Part shown: positions 23,601 to 36,953 of the stretch, in pieces
How the letters are laid out: each line of letters begins with the position of its first letter
Position numbering within the stretch: position 1 is the stretch's first letter
NCBI RefSeq assembly: GCF_011386835.1
Contig: NC_088810.1
Span: 18,662,001 to 18,726,000, forward strand
Origin: Chrysemys picta bellii
Taxonomy: Eukaryota
DNA: 64,000 bases
Reading direction: 5' to 3'
Position numbers and translations under genes: made by a program
Notes under the pieces: generated by a model
What the model saw: the letters and a program-made list of their open reading frames with translations, nothing else
Told to the model about the DNA's origin: nothing
Database searches by the model: none

Positions 23601-24538
23601 AAAATATTGTTGTATGCAGTCATGGCTCTTAGGCTAGGAATATTGCCAACCTACGTGGCTTGAACGGTCACAGAGAAACTGCAAAGGTTTACTTTCAACA
23701 TTTTCAAATGTGAAGTTTTCTAGTTATGAAATATACACCTATTATATTTCTTCTCTGCCCATAGCATTTAATGTTCAGCTGATCTTTTTGATCTACAGTA
23801 TGCTTTTCTTTTAACTGTTTCTCAGTAGCTAAGGTATAGTGTTACATTTTAATAGGAACATGAAATATGCTTTGTCAATCAATTATGAGTCTCCTTAAAC
23901 AAGCTGTGGTTCCTTACCTCCAACAATCAGTGTGGTTCCATTTCCAAAAAGCAGGTAGCTGCTATATATAAATGCACAGTAGTAAACGCCAGTCTCATTC
24001 TTTTGGATATTGCTGATTTCCAGTATTGAGAGGTGTGTCTCATGTTTGCAAGCAAATTTACTTACATTTAGATTATCCAAACAGTACTTAATGCAGGTGG
24101 GTGTCTCACCTTCTCTTCTCAAATACCAAAACACGTCTCCTCCTTCCATTTTTTCTTTGGAAGAACAGTAGATCTTTGCAGTGCCATTAACTTCAACGAA
24201 CAGAATCCGCTGTGTCTGGTACAGAAATAACTGCACTCCTAGCACTGGAGAAATAAAATATGTTTAGTCACTTTCCATCATCAAGTCTCCAACAGCCATA
24301 TATAAACTGGCTCGTTCAGAATATACTTGGTCTGATAATATTTATGCTCCGCTAAAAAAAACCTGCTTTAACTTTGTACAACTAAATGGAAATGCAATTT
24401 ATATCCAGCAAAAGTTTCCAAACATATCATAGATATTCATCACTCATGTCCTACTGAAAAGGCTGTTTTCCCAATTCCAAAGCTTAACGCAGACGTTTTA
24501 CCTAAAGAAGATAAAACCAGATACGCGGCAAAGATCAT
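20633..24538 (-). CDS. PRARP: B2: intact type-B V(J)-C1-TM receptor with ITIM, about 309 aa
   Basis: Exons: 24538-24502 (MIFAAYLVLSSL); 24244-23918 (V); 23089-22778 (C1); 21951-21841 (APASECSHYIVPLAAGAGLLLLVVSLSLVW..); 21451-21405 (GFQPRISASPSSEEHQ); 20728-20633 (GGILYAHLDFDS..KP*). 930 nt in frame. Confidence 0.88.
23172..23430. mobile_element. Palindromic Penelope-like insertion in the B2 V-C intron (shared with B4 at about 48693-48940; related copy at about 63865-64000)
   Basis: Long inverted arms (aaggtgggtgag..ttttattggaccaac..agagctc / gagctct..ttggtccaataaaa..ctcacccacctt), flanked by a degenerate ~16-bp duplication of aatctttcactaagac. B1 has the empty site. Family assignment is inferred. 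Confidence 0.6.
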
Positions 24539-27500
24539 TTTTGTAAAAAAAAGGAAAAGAAAATCCTGACACACTGGCCCAAAGGCTGATACCTAGTGCA
24601 CTGCTGCAGTGACTGGGTTCAGTGTCTCGGTTATGTCCAGTGAGGAACGCCTCCGAGGAGGATGTGCTCTGGTGATAGATACTAAAGGGGTGGGTTAAAG
24701 AATCTACAGAGGGGACAGAATTTCTTGAATAATTTCTCTGCATTCCAATGGCACAGGGGTGTATATAATGATTGAGAATAATTTTAAACATCCAGAACAT
24801 AGCACAGTGTCTTCAGTGGATGAGCTATATAAACCAACTCACATGACTTCAGAGAACAAGTCCCACTGACTTTCAAAGGAAAATGCTTCTAAATTACTTA
24901 CAGTTTTTGACAGTCCCAATCTAAGTCTCTCCCCAGCTATCCAAGATTGGTCCATAATTGTCCATCTTTCTTGGTGGTACAATGCTGACCTGTAACAATC
25001 ATGTGGAGTCTTGTCTTGGAGGACTTAAATTGCATTTTAAATCATCAAACTGAAAGTTCTGACGTGAGAAAAATAAGATAATGAAGGATACGATTTTCAA
25101 AAGTGCCCAAGTCCCTTTTTCAAGAGACTTAGGGCCAGATTTTCAGAAGTATTTGGGTGCTTATAGATGCCGAGAGGCACCTAGTGGGATTTTCAAACAT
25201 GGCTAAGAGGGTTAGGGGCCTCACATCTACTGAAGTGAAGGGAAGTTAAGGGCCTCATCTTGGATCTAGCAATGAACTGGCTAAAATGAGCTGAAGGGGC
25301 TGGTTAGAAAGCTGCATCTGGCTGCACAAAGCAGGGAGAGAGAAGTAAAATGTATCTATCACTGACCCTTCTGAAACAGCTGACAATAGAGGGCAACATG
25401 GTCTAGTGATTAGAACAATTGGCTCAGAAAAGACCCGATTCCCTAGGTGCCTTGGCCACTTCTCCTTAGCCTGCTGCACCCCATTTTTAAGGCTACATTG
25501 ACTGGCTGCAGTTCCCCTGGCAAGGTGGGGATCGTTATGACACAAACCCCTTCCAGGCAGCTCTCTAATGCTGGGGACCATCTTCCTTTCCCTCCCGACC
25601 CTCTGCCCTCTCCTTCTTAGGGAGCTACTTGAGCAGAATCTCGCAGTCCCTGACTGAGGCAATGTTAAGTGGAAGCAGGAGTTTGGCCTGACGAAGGACG
25701 ACTGGACTGGCCACGATTCTGCCTGATTTCTAGCCCAAGGGCATTACTCACAATGACACAGCTTCCCCTTTGCACCAATGTAAAGAGGAGTTTAGAGGAG
25801 CATAAATTACACTGACATCCACTTCCAGGCCCCGGTGTGTTACCAGGGTGGAAAGGGGCTTAATGCAGATGAGAATCAGGTCCCCAGGCTCGCTATTAAA
25901 GGGCTAAATGTGGTCAGTGGTAATACAGACAAGACGACAGAAATCATAACGCTATTCGAGAACAATGTCTGCCCAGCCCAGTTCCTGCAAGTATGACCCT
26001 CAGAATAACACTGATCGACAATGGCATAAAGCCCTATTTACTGCCATTCCCAGCGAGAATGCGTTACAATGTCAATTGCTTTAAGGAACGGAAGGTAGGC
26101 GCTGATCCTAACAGCCGCTGAGCACCCACCACTCCCCTTGACTTTAATCAGTGTTGTGGGTGCCCAGCACGTCACAGGAAGTGCCTCAGCACCATTCAGG
26201 ATTGGGCCCTTTTGCTGAGTATAGAAATGTCTTCATGCACGGTGGGGGTGGAGTGGGGCAGCTGTCTGACAGCCCCACAGCAGCACTGCGCAGTGCCTTA
26301 GGGCAGGAAGTGAAATGCTCAATGTAGCCAACTGCAGCTACAGGAGCAATTTTACACTCATGGAATTACCAGGGCTGGGCAGAAAATGCATTTCCCACCC
26401 CACACAAATTTTCAAGATATTGAAAAATTTTCCTGTGTCAAATTGGGATGAAAAGTCAAAATCTCAAAAATTTTCTTGATCCAAAAATCATTTTCTAGCC
26501 AACCAGCCCTCGTAATTACCCAAATGGGAAGGTGGCCAAGTCACCAGAGCCAGCTGCTCTCATCTTGCAGAAAGAGTCATGGGATTGCCAGGGAGTTCAA
26601 GTCACCGTTCAGCCCAGCCCTCGGGTTTCAGGTTCAATTGAAATATGGGCCCCCTTGCAGCCCCATTGACTTCAGTTCTCAGGTAATGTGGGACCAGATT
26701 CAAGCCCTTATTCGTTCATTTTTTATTTGCATTCACAGAAATGTCAGGAAGGGACCTCGAAAAGTCGTCAAGTCCAGCCCCCAGTGCTGAGCCAGGACCA
26801 AGTAAACCTAGACCCTCCCCAACAGGTATTTGTCCAGCCTGTTCTTAAAAACTTCCAGTGACGGGGATTCCGCAACCTCCCTTGGACGCCAGTTCCAGAC
26901 CTGAACTCCCCTTAGAGTTAGATAGATTCTCCTAACATCTCACCTAAATCTCCCTGGCTACAGATTAAACCCATAACTTCTTGTCCTGCCTTTAGCAGAC
27001 ATTTGATCACCATTCTCTTTGAAACAGCCCTTACCACATGTGAAGAGGTGTGTGTGTGTGTAACAAGGGGTGTGTAACACATCGGTTGTAGCATCCTTCA
27101 AAAGAAGGCTACTAAATGGGAGAGAAAGGGCTGGATTCTGCTCTCAGACATACTGGTGTAAAACTGGAGTAACTCCACTGACTGCAACAGAGCTCCTCCA
27201 GATTTACACTGCTGGAAACCAGAGCAGAATCTGGCCCAAAGGATTGAAGAGGGCACCTTTCTTATTACACAATGAGCTGAACTTGATGCATTGAACAGGT
27301 AAAAAGGCCACGTAAACACCACCAATGGGGTTGCCGTTTCTTTTTAATGAGTGACAGTTCGAATGACAGCTTGATTAACAAGTTGTGATGTAAACAGGCA
27401 GCGCGTGCAGGCTCAGGGCCCAGGAGAGCTCCAGGCATTGATAACGTGCTGTTACCGTTAGATGGTGCAGAGGGGCTGGAACACGGGGGCCTGTGGATCT

Positions 27501-28177
27501 CGCCCGTGTGGGGGAAGCAGCCACCTGTGGAGGTAGCACTGGAGTAGCAGCTCCAGCCCTGGCCTGGGGAGAGATTCTCATCCCTCCCAGCTCCTCCCGC
27601 ATCCATCCTCCCCCTTCACAATCCCATTGCACGTCCATGTAACGTTACTGCAAAGGGAGCACGAGCCTGCTGAGGAAAGAGATTAGGGAAGCTGGGAGCT
27701 GTGGCATATACTGGGGCTGCACGTCCCCTCTGCAGGCTCCTGTCATCCGGCCTCATTCTGTGCAGGGAAGCTGCAACCATTCAGCTGTGTCTGGGTCCCT
27801 ATACAGATGCAGGGAGGATGATGATTGTGTTACTATAGCACCCAGGAGCCCCGGTTATGGACCAGGCCTTGTTGTGCTAGGCGCTGCACAAACACAGAAC
27901 AAAGAGACAGCCCCTGCCCCAAAGAGATTCCAATCTAGTACACAAGTGACGTGTAAAGTCATCTACACCGCGATGCCTTTATATCCCAAAAGGAGATTTC
28001 CCACCTCATGAGGCTGGACTCTGTGGGGATCTTCTGACTTTTTATTTCTAGACAGAGAAGGGGAGAAAATAAATAAAAAAGGCAACAGAGAGACAGAGCC
28101 TTCTTCCAGCTGCTATGTCCGATCAGCAGAGAACCAGTCATCAGTTCACATGTGTGGATTCCCCTGCACTAGACAGT

Positions 28178-31100
28178 TCAGGGGTTTATGCTTTTCCCTC
28201 TGGCCGGTCGCTGCATCGTGCGCCCGTTGCGATTCCGCGAATTGAAATCCAGATGAGTGTATAAGATCCCACCCTGTTTGGTGACAATTAGTAAAATTAG
28301 CCCCTCCTTGTAAAATGAAGGGATACATGTTGAGACAGAACTGAACATCCAAGTGAGTTTAGCCTGATGAAAAATCCCCTCTCATCTCTTATTCTCCTGC
28401 TTCTCTTATAAATTGTGTGTTATCGGAATGGAAACCAGCGCTGGATTCTGACTTTAAGAATCAACTACTGACAATATTTTGTCAGATCCAAACCCCAAGT
28501 CAATGGACAGTCTCCTACTGAGGTCAGTGAGCTTTGGATCAGGTCCCTAGCACCTTCCACAGGAAAATCTTCATGTGCTTTACAAATATAATTTTTTATA
28601 GCTCTTTATCTTTTAAGTGGCAAAAATATTCCCTTGTACACAAAAACCCTGTAAAGGGCACAGTCAGAACCAATAAAACATCAAACTTCCCATCATCCTT
28701 ACACAGTAAGTTTTGTTATCCTCTTTTTACATACCGGGAAACTGAGTCACAGAGCAATAAGTGCTTTACCTACTATCCCATAGTTAATTACCAGCAAAGC
28801 TAGCAATAAGACTCTTTGGTCCTCTTCTGCTACGCCAACAGCTAAACCTCATTTTCACCTTCTCCTTCCAGAATGATCAGTTTAAGCACCAAATATATGA
28901 ATATATGAAGTTGATGGCAGACACATTGATTTAGACAGAGACAGTTTGCAAAGAGCCGTACCTGGTGCTCCTCTGAAGCTGGGGGTGCTGAGATCCTGGG
29001 CTGGAATCCTGGAACAAATAAATATAACAGTAAAAGTTCCTCTTCCACAGTCACTCCCCCAGCTGTAGTTCATTGACTAATGGTGCATCTGAGCTGTGGG
29101 TACGCAGGGCACCACCATGCATGGCACATGGAAAGAAGCTCATCAGAAAGGCTAGTGCTCTTTCTGAACTATACACAAGGTGCCTGGGCCATGGGCAGTA
29201 GAAGCCTTTCTACATCGCTCCCTTTGTCACGGAGAACAAAGCCGTTCTCCCGACACAGGAAATTCAAGTTTCAGAAAACAAACAAACGTTCTGAGATCAG
29301 TGCTGGCAGTTGTGACATTTGCAGCGTCTTTATTACCTAGAGTGGAAGGGCAGAAGGGTTCAGACGAGGCTCAGAGACATTAACAGCAGCAGCAGACCAG
29401 CACCAGTCACAAGGGGCATGATGTAATGTGTGCACTCCCTGGCAGGGGCTGTGGAGGAAGCAAAAAAAAAAAAAAAAACAGACATACATGTCTGACTTGA
29501 GTAAAAAGGGTCAGGTTACCCAGTGGTGGATTAGCCACTGGGCTGATGGAGCCCATGCCTAGGGGCCCCGGCCAATTGGGGGCCCCCAGAAAAATGGGCA
29601 CCCCATGCCCTGACCCCTGGTAGGAGCGCTGGGCAGGTGGATGGGGCGGGGCAAGCCCCCATGTCCCAACCCTGCTCCCAAGCAGTAGCGCCAGACCAGG
29701 CAGAGTGGAACAGACTGTGGGTGGAATCAGGTGGACTGCGGTGGAAGGGGCAGAATTCGGGGGGGACAGGCAGAAGGGGCAGCATGGGGGTGGGTCTGCA
29801 GGCAGAAGGGATGGGGAGGGCCCCCCCTTGCTCTGGCCCAGGGCCCCATGAAACATTAATCCACCTCTGGTACAGATGCCACCACATCCAGCTCTTCTCT
29901 CCTGATCCTCATTTCATCCCAGGCCTTAACCCCTGAGGAGTGAGGCTGCAGGAGCCTTCAGCATCTTTTAGCTTCTCTCTGTTGTGCCCTTGGCATTAGG
30001 CCGATGATTTCTCCAGTAATCAGAATCTTCTCTGCACCTCCTGCCACCTACAAAATCCTCCCTGTAGGTCTCTCCTCACCTCATCGCCTCTCCACATCTC
30101 ACCAGGAAACAGCTCTCTGCGCCCTCAAGCACCTCTGTTCCCTTCTCCCTCTGACACTGGCTGTCATTTAACTCGGTAGGGTGCTATACAGCTACAGTGG
30201 GTGTGAAAGTTTCCACAGGAAATCACTGTCTGTGAGCACTGCAATTCCCCTTTCCTCCTTCCCCAAAGTTCTCTGCAGCTCTGCCGGCTCCTACATATTA
30301 CCCGACATTTCACAACTTTCTCTAATTGCAAATTGCATTAAAATCACTCTGACCATGGACACTTTACATGTCTAATTACCGTCATAATTATCATAGCGCC
30401 TCGGAGTCCCAGCCATGGACCAGGCCCTGACTGGGCTATCGATCTGACTCCCCTCTACTCCCAGACCCTAATATAAAATCACTCACCTTCAATATACCTG
30501 GCAATTTTCTTAACACTCTTGCCAGATGAGTTGAATTTAACATCACAGGTGAAATTCTTCCCACTTGTCCAGGTGGCCACAGGGACGCTGATGTGATTTA
30601 TGAACACCAAGGAGCCATCCTTTGCTTTCAGCGAACGCGTCAGCCCCTGTTCCTGCAGATCCCCAGAAATACTCCAGGAAATTTGGACTGGGTTGGACAC
30701 TCCATGGACCACACAAGCCAGATCAGCCGTCCCGGGGGAGAGGAGGCTGTGGGGAGATGGAGCCAGAGGCAGCACCCAACTGCTGGTGGTGTAACTGTCT
30801 GAGCAGAATAAAGCAGAGAGTTCAGTGTGACGCTCAACTGAGCTGCAGTTTGATTCAGGGGGTTACTCGTACAAGATGAAAGTAGCTCAAAGGATAAATG
30901 TGTTGTATAAATAAGAAAATATTAAGAAACTGAAAAATCAAATCCACCCAAACTAACCACATATTTGCACTTGGCAGAAGGGAAACTTGGTGCTATCTTA
31001 GAAACTGATGCAGTCCTAAGAACATTTCCTAATTTCAAGACATTCTTTCATTTAAACATGGCTCTTAGGTTAAAAATATTCCCAGCGTGTGCCCTGACTA

Positions 31101-31953
31101 GCAATAAGACAGAACATTTTCAAGAGTTCATTTTCCCTATTTTTCTAGTTTTAATTTTTTCTCTTCTTTCAGCAATTACTGTTGACTTGCTCTTTTTCGG
31201 TTTCAAACAGTCTGTCTTTGAACAATGGAATCTTTGATAAGCAGTCAAACCAGCTTTTTACATTTTAACGTGCACATGAGCTACATTAGCATTATCATTC
31301 CATTTCTTTCCTAATCATCCAGTTGTTTCCTTACCTCCTACAATCAGGGTGGATCCGTTGTCGAAAGTCAAGAAGCTCATGTATGAATCAGTACAGTAAT
31401 AAACCCCCGAGTCATTCCGTTGGGCATTATAGATTTCCAGTGTCAAGTTGTGTCCTTCCAATATGCAAGCAACTTTACTGACTCTGTGGTTATCGGAGCA
31501 TCTTTTAATTAACATGGGGGCCTCCCCTTCCCGTCTCCTGTACCACTGAGCTGTCATACCTCTGGATACAAACTGTTTTTTGGAAGAGCACCGGAGCTTC
31601 GCTGTATCATTAATGTTCACAAACAGGAACGGCCGTAGTTGGTGCAGAAATAACTGCCCTTGTACCACTGTAGGAATAAAAGAGGGTGTGTTATTAGAGT
31701 CAATATTCAGCAGGTCACAATCTGCCCTAAATAATCAGGATAATTCAGAATTTAACCAAATGCAATCAGATTCCATTGTGCAAAAGTAAATGGAAGCGCA
31801 TCTAAACTGCAGCAGAATTGTCCTAAGCTACCAGATAACATGAAAGCCGATGTCCAAGTGAAAAGACTCCTTTCTCAATTCCAAACTTAATGGTACCACT
31901 AATACAAAAGCGTTACCCATGAAAGACAAGAGCAGGTATTTGGAGAACAGCAT
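28178..31953 (-). pseudogene. PRARP: B3: type-B receptor with premature TGA at the end of the TM exon (pseudogene or tailless 256-aa product)
   Basis: Exons: 31953-31917; 31667-31335 (V, FDNGS); 30798-30487 (C1); 29448-29337 (TM; TGG>TGA at 29362-29360 plus a 1-nt insertion, 112 vs 111 nt); 29008-28962; 28273-28178 (GGILYTHL..). Ectodomain exons are open. Confidence 0.75.
29521..29869. mobile_element. TIR element (hAT-like) in the B3 C-TM intron
   Basis: Ends cagtggtggatta / taatccacctctg; absent in B2 and B4; TSD not clear. Confidence 0.55.
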
Positions 31954-33997
31954 GATTGTAACAAGCAATATTCGGAACGATGAAATTTAAAAGCACCCGT
32001 CTGGTACGCTGCTCAAGTGCAAAGGGTCCAACACCCTGGTCAGTTCTGCTGAGGAACGCCTCCTGGGGGAAGTGCTGTGGTGACAGATACTTTTCACAGG
32101 GGCTTCTTGTCGGCTGCGGTTGCATTTGACTCAAACATGGATATATTATCATGATTCAGAATAATGAAATGACCACCAGGACGTGGCACAATGTACAATA
32201 TGCAAGAAATAATGGCAGTGTGGCTACAGCGGCATGGGCGGTGGCTCAGGCTAGCCGTACTTGTCCAGAAGGTCGGGCACGATTGCATTGGAGAGGGTAG
32301 CCCGGGTTGCCACCTGTGCCGCCGTGGCCACACCGCTCTCTCTCAGTGCGCTACATTGAGCGGCTTCCCTCCCTGCTGCAGGGTAGACGTGCCCTAAATG
32401 GGAGCTGGGCTCTTCTGGAAGTGCGGCCCCAGCTGTGGGTGATGAACAGCTGAGAAACGGGCTCCTCCCTGCGGCCTCAGTATTTTACCCACCGCTGCGC
32501 CTTATTGCTTGACAACATGATACTGACCAGTAATTTGGGACCAGATTCTCAGCTGCTATAAAACAGCATCACTCAGCTGAAGCCAATGAACTGATGCTGA
32601 TTTACCCTAGTTGAGGATCTGGCCCTCGGAGGACTTTAAGGGAATCCTGAACGCTCACCGTGCGGCTCGCTTGAGAAACGAGACCAGGAAATCCCTGTGG
32701 CTGAATTTCCGGAGTCCAGAACAGCTCACGCTTTGTCACCTGCCTCCAAACTCTGCAGTTTCTGACTCTGAATTTTTCCACACCCCAAACTCCCATTGAT
32801 TCGAGTGGAATAGTGCTGGGTGCACCAGGAACGCAGGGTCTGGCCTTGTTAGCCCAGAGTTTGTGGGGCTACAAGGGGCATCGTGGGTGCCCTGCAAACA
32901 CTTCATGCAGCAAGTTGTTCTGCTTCATATTTATAATCATAATGATTCCGATCTTGTCAGGAGTAGATCCCAACGTGCTTTACAAAAGGAGGTCAGTATC
33001 ATCATCATCATCATCCCCATTGTACAGATGGGGAAACTGAGGCACAGAGAGGGCCATTGACCTGCCCGGGATCACCTCACAGGAGAGACAGGAATAGAAC
33101 CCAACTCTCCCAAGCCTCAGTCCAAAACTGCCTAGTGGATAGAACTAATTATTAACATGGTCTTGTTGATAATTAGCGATTGACCTATTTTCTCAATGTC
33201 TCTGTGTTTGTGCCATGAAATTTCATTTGTTTCACGCTGCTGAAAGGTAAATTCCAGTTTTTGTGGTTAGTTCAACTGTTCTGCTTCACCTTTACTCTAA
33301 CCATCCACTGGCTACAGAGGAATAGAGGGGAGCAGTTTATACTTTCTTGGTAACCAAAAGCAGGGGGATAGAACTGAAAAGAAGAAATCCGCCCCAGCTC
33401 TTTGCTCGGTGAACAAACAAAACAAAAGCGTCAAAATAAGTGGGTAGAAACTGACCACAAAAGCAAGTGCAATTATCCGAGCAAACAGGTTTTGATCTTT
33501 TTTTAAACCATTGCTCCTTTGCAGCAAACATGCCTCTATGTCCTGTAGCCTGCGGTTTTCTTAAGATCGGTTTCAATTTGCTTTCTTATCAAACATAATG
33601 TAGAAATAAAAATCAACCAAAACAAGTTACAGTTGCTTTCTCTGTGTCTCGGATTTTAATAGACTTGCAAAATGAACGTCTATCAGTTGTGTGTGACTGG
33701 GGGCAAAAGTCTTTAGGGTACATTTTCAAACATGCCTAAATGACTTACGTGCCTAACTCCCATTGGTTCTGAAAACGCTGCTAGTCACCTACCTGGATCT
33801 TTAAGCACCTAAATACCGTTGAAACTCTAGTTCTGAGGGCCCTAGATACCACTGAAAAATAAATCAATGGTACTTAGTCTTCCAAGTGCCTAAATCACTG
33901 TTGAGAGCAAGACGGGTTCCTAAGTGATTTAGGTGCCTCTACTGCAATTTGGCTAAATTTCTGTAACAATTAGTGTTAGGATTATAATTTTATCATT

Positions 33998-34445
33998 AAA
34001 ACAACGAGGAGTCCGGTGGCACCTTAAAGACTAACAGATTTATTTGGGCATAAGCTTTCATGGGTAAAAAACCCACTTCATCAGATGCATGGAGTGAAAA
34101 TTACAGATATAGGCATAAATATATATTGGCATATGAAGAGAAGGGAATTACCTTACAAGTGGAGAACCAGTGTTGAAGGCCAATTCAGTCAGGGTGGATG
34201 TGGTCCACTCCCAATAATTGAGGAGGAGGTGTCAATACTAAAAAAGGGAAAATTGCTTTTGTAGCAAGCCAGCCACTCCCAATCCCTATTCAAGCCCAAA
34301 TTGATGGTGTTAAGTTTGCAAATGAATTGTAGCTTTGCAGTTTCTCTTTGAAGTCTCTTTTTGAAGTTTTTTGTTGAAGGATGGCTACTTTTAAATCTGT
34401 CATTCAGTGTCCAGGGAGATTGAAGTGTTCTCCTACTGGCTTTTC
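33998..34445 (-). mobile_element. Penelope-like (GIY-YIG) retroelement 3' fragment
   Basis: Minus strand encodes PVGEHFNLPGH..DLKVAILQQ..LQRETAKLQFICKLNTINLGLNRDWEWLA, followed by the ggtggcaccttaaagactaac terminal sequence. Confidence 0.8.
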
Positions 34446-36118
34446 TAGGTTACCATTCCTGATGTCTGATCTGTGTCCATTATGTCCAAGTAGAGCTGTG
34501 ACCACGTGGGTTGCAAGGCCCGTAGCTAGGAGCTGGGCCCAGCCTCACTGGCCAGGAGCCGTCCCCACAGGAGTTATGGACTTTCCTCAGATTCATGGTT
34601 TCCGTGAACACCACGCCAAAATCACAGTCTGAATTCTAGCTAAGCTGATGTGCCTGATCCAAGGACCTTTGTATGGGACGATGCCAGTGTCCCTGTTTGA
34701 AGCACATCTATGGCACTAGGCCCCAAGTTAAGCAAAGGTCTTTTAATCTAGCTCTTTACTTATTTATCCTCACCCCCCATCCCCACTGCAGTGTCGGGAG
34801 GAATTTATCCCCATTTTACAGCTGGGGAGTGGAGGCCCAGAGAGACTTGGGGTAACATGTTCAAAAGCCCCTAAGTGATTGCGAGGCAAAGTCCCACTTT
34901 CAACAGGGACTAAGGCTTGAAAGTCATTGGGATGTAAGTCATTGGCCCTCGGTCACACACGGAGCCTGTGGCAGAGCAGGGGTTTGAACGGAGAGCCCCT
35001 AAGTCCCTGCCCAGCACCTTGACAACCGCACCGTCCTTCCTCTCTTCAAGCATGTGCTGAAGTCCCAGTGAACCAGTTAGGCCAGGAGAGGTGTTTGCAC
35101 CACATTCAACTTTCCCTGGAGCTAGGTATGAATGAGACACGGGTCAGACCTTGGCCCACATCCTGGTCCCTTGGTGCTGCTCCTGTGACACCAAGGGAGC
35201 AGGAACTGACTGAACCTGCCAGGGGTGTAAAGGCAGCAGAGCCAGCCCTTGCAGCCAACAGCCCTTGCAGCCAACAGCCCTTGGCATGTGAGGTGTGACC
35301 GGAGCAGTCTGCACTCGGGGTCTCCCCAGTTGGCAAATGGCTCTTTGGGAGTCATGACCTGCTGGTGCAGTTTAGAGCAGCCTCCAGGCTGGGCCAGCTC
35401 ATAAATGGCCAGAAGATCAACTTGGGATAACAGGAGAGTGAGCGCACAGAGGCTCTGGCCCTGATTTGCAGTACGATTTTATTGAGGCTGAGGTTTGAAA
35501 GGGCAAATTCGATGCTCAATTGATCTGGCCAATCAAATCCCCGATGGAGCTTTGCAACTCTCCGCCTTAATGTTCAAGTCAAGACAAGCCGCAGAGATGA
35601 CCGTATTCCAAACTGCATGTGTGACAACTGGCTAGAGGGGATGGATTTGGAATCTCTTAGGGGGCATTTCACTTTGTTCTCTCTATAATGCATCTTGCAC
35701 ATTACGTTAAGGAACATGCATTATGCACATATCTGAAATAAGTGTCCTAAAAGTAGGTTTTGCCCCAAACTTTCCAGAGTGGGGTGACTCCACCACACTT
35801 CCATATTCTAGCCCCATCCATTGCTTTCCCAGAGGGCCCCACCCCAAGTCGTTTTCTTAATCTATCATAATAACTGAACACACAAGCTAAGGTGTATTTT
35901 TGCTAATATTACCCCTTCCATGCTGCACAATGAGCCTGTTTGTTGGTTTCCTCCATCCTTTGCTAAAATCATGGTATATGCATCTTGGTGATTATTACAT
36001 TCGCCACATACAATAGAGAAGTTCGATAAAAATATCAAATACTCACGCTGGAAGATTGCAAGCTGACTCGACTTTTATTCTTAGAATCCAGAACAACAAA
36101 GAGTAACAAAAAACAAAG

Positions 36119-36322
36119 ACAACAAGGAGTCCGGTGGCACCTTAAAGAGTAACAGATTTATTGGGGCATAAGCTTTCGTGGGTAAAAACCTCACTTGTGC
36201 ATCTGAAGAAATGAGGTTTTTACCCACGAAAGCTTATGCCCAAATAAATCTGTTAGTCTTTAAGGTGCCACCAGACTCCTTGTTGTTTTTGTAGATACAG
36301 ACTAACACGGCTACCCCCTGAT
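36119..36322. mobile_element. Penelope-derived hairpin insertion
   Basis: ~75-bp inverted arms (about 36119-36193 vs 36212-36286) of the same terminal sequence; absent at the A1 paralogous site (about 4080). Confidence 0.7.
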
Positions 36323-36953
36323 AAAAAACAGAGAGAGACAAAGCAGGCTGCTCCCTAAGGCAGAGAGGAAAAATTCACCTACCTTGTTCTAGGCTGGCTC
36401 TTTCCAGACTGACTGCTGCTAGGCACAGATTGCACACTTCTCCACAGACAGCAAGCAAGACCAGGAAACCCCCTGAAATGTAGAGGGATAAATCACAATT
36501 TTAACACAGCCTTCATGAACCACACTAGAGTGTATTGCCTTTTTATTGATGCTAAAACCATCTGACCTTATAAATCCCTAAAGCACAGAAAATATTCTAC
36601 CTGAACTGCAGTCAGAAGAATATCTTGTTATGGGCATCCAATTATAACACAAATATTCCATCTGAGACACACACCATGCTGATACCCACTCTGAGCTTGA
36701 ATTTGATTTTGGAGGCAAAGGAATATTTTCTCCCAGGTTTGCTCTGCTGGTTCTCAGAGCAGGTTTTGAATGGGGTTATTAATGTCTCCTGACCCTGTTT
36801 TTTTTTGTCATGCATGTTGCCCCACAGATCTATAAGAGGAAGCAGAACATTTTCCTCTCCACGTGACAAAGTCTTTCATCAAGAGATCCATTAGCTAGCA
36901 GGCGTCTGTCTGTCTCACAGCATCACCTATTCATTACTGAAGAAAGGCACAAG

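Noticed and set aside
35254-35285. 16-bp tandem duplication cccttgcagccaacag and small microsatellites (atc at about 33000, aat at about 53700)
   Set aside because: Ordinary slippage in non-coding DNA.
36119-36290. Hairpins as possible ncRNA or CRISPR-like repeats
   Set aside because: They match Penelope terminal sequence. The context is vertebrate and there is no repeat-spacer periodicity.
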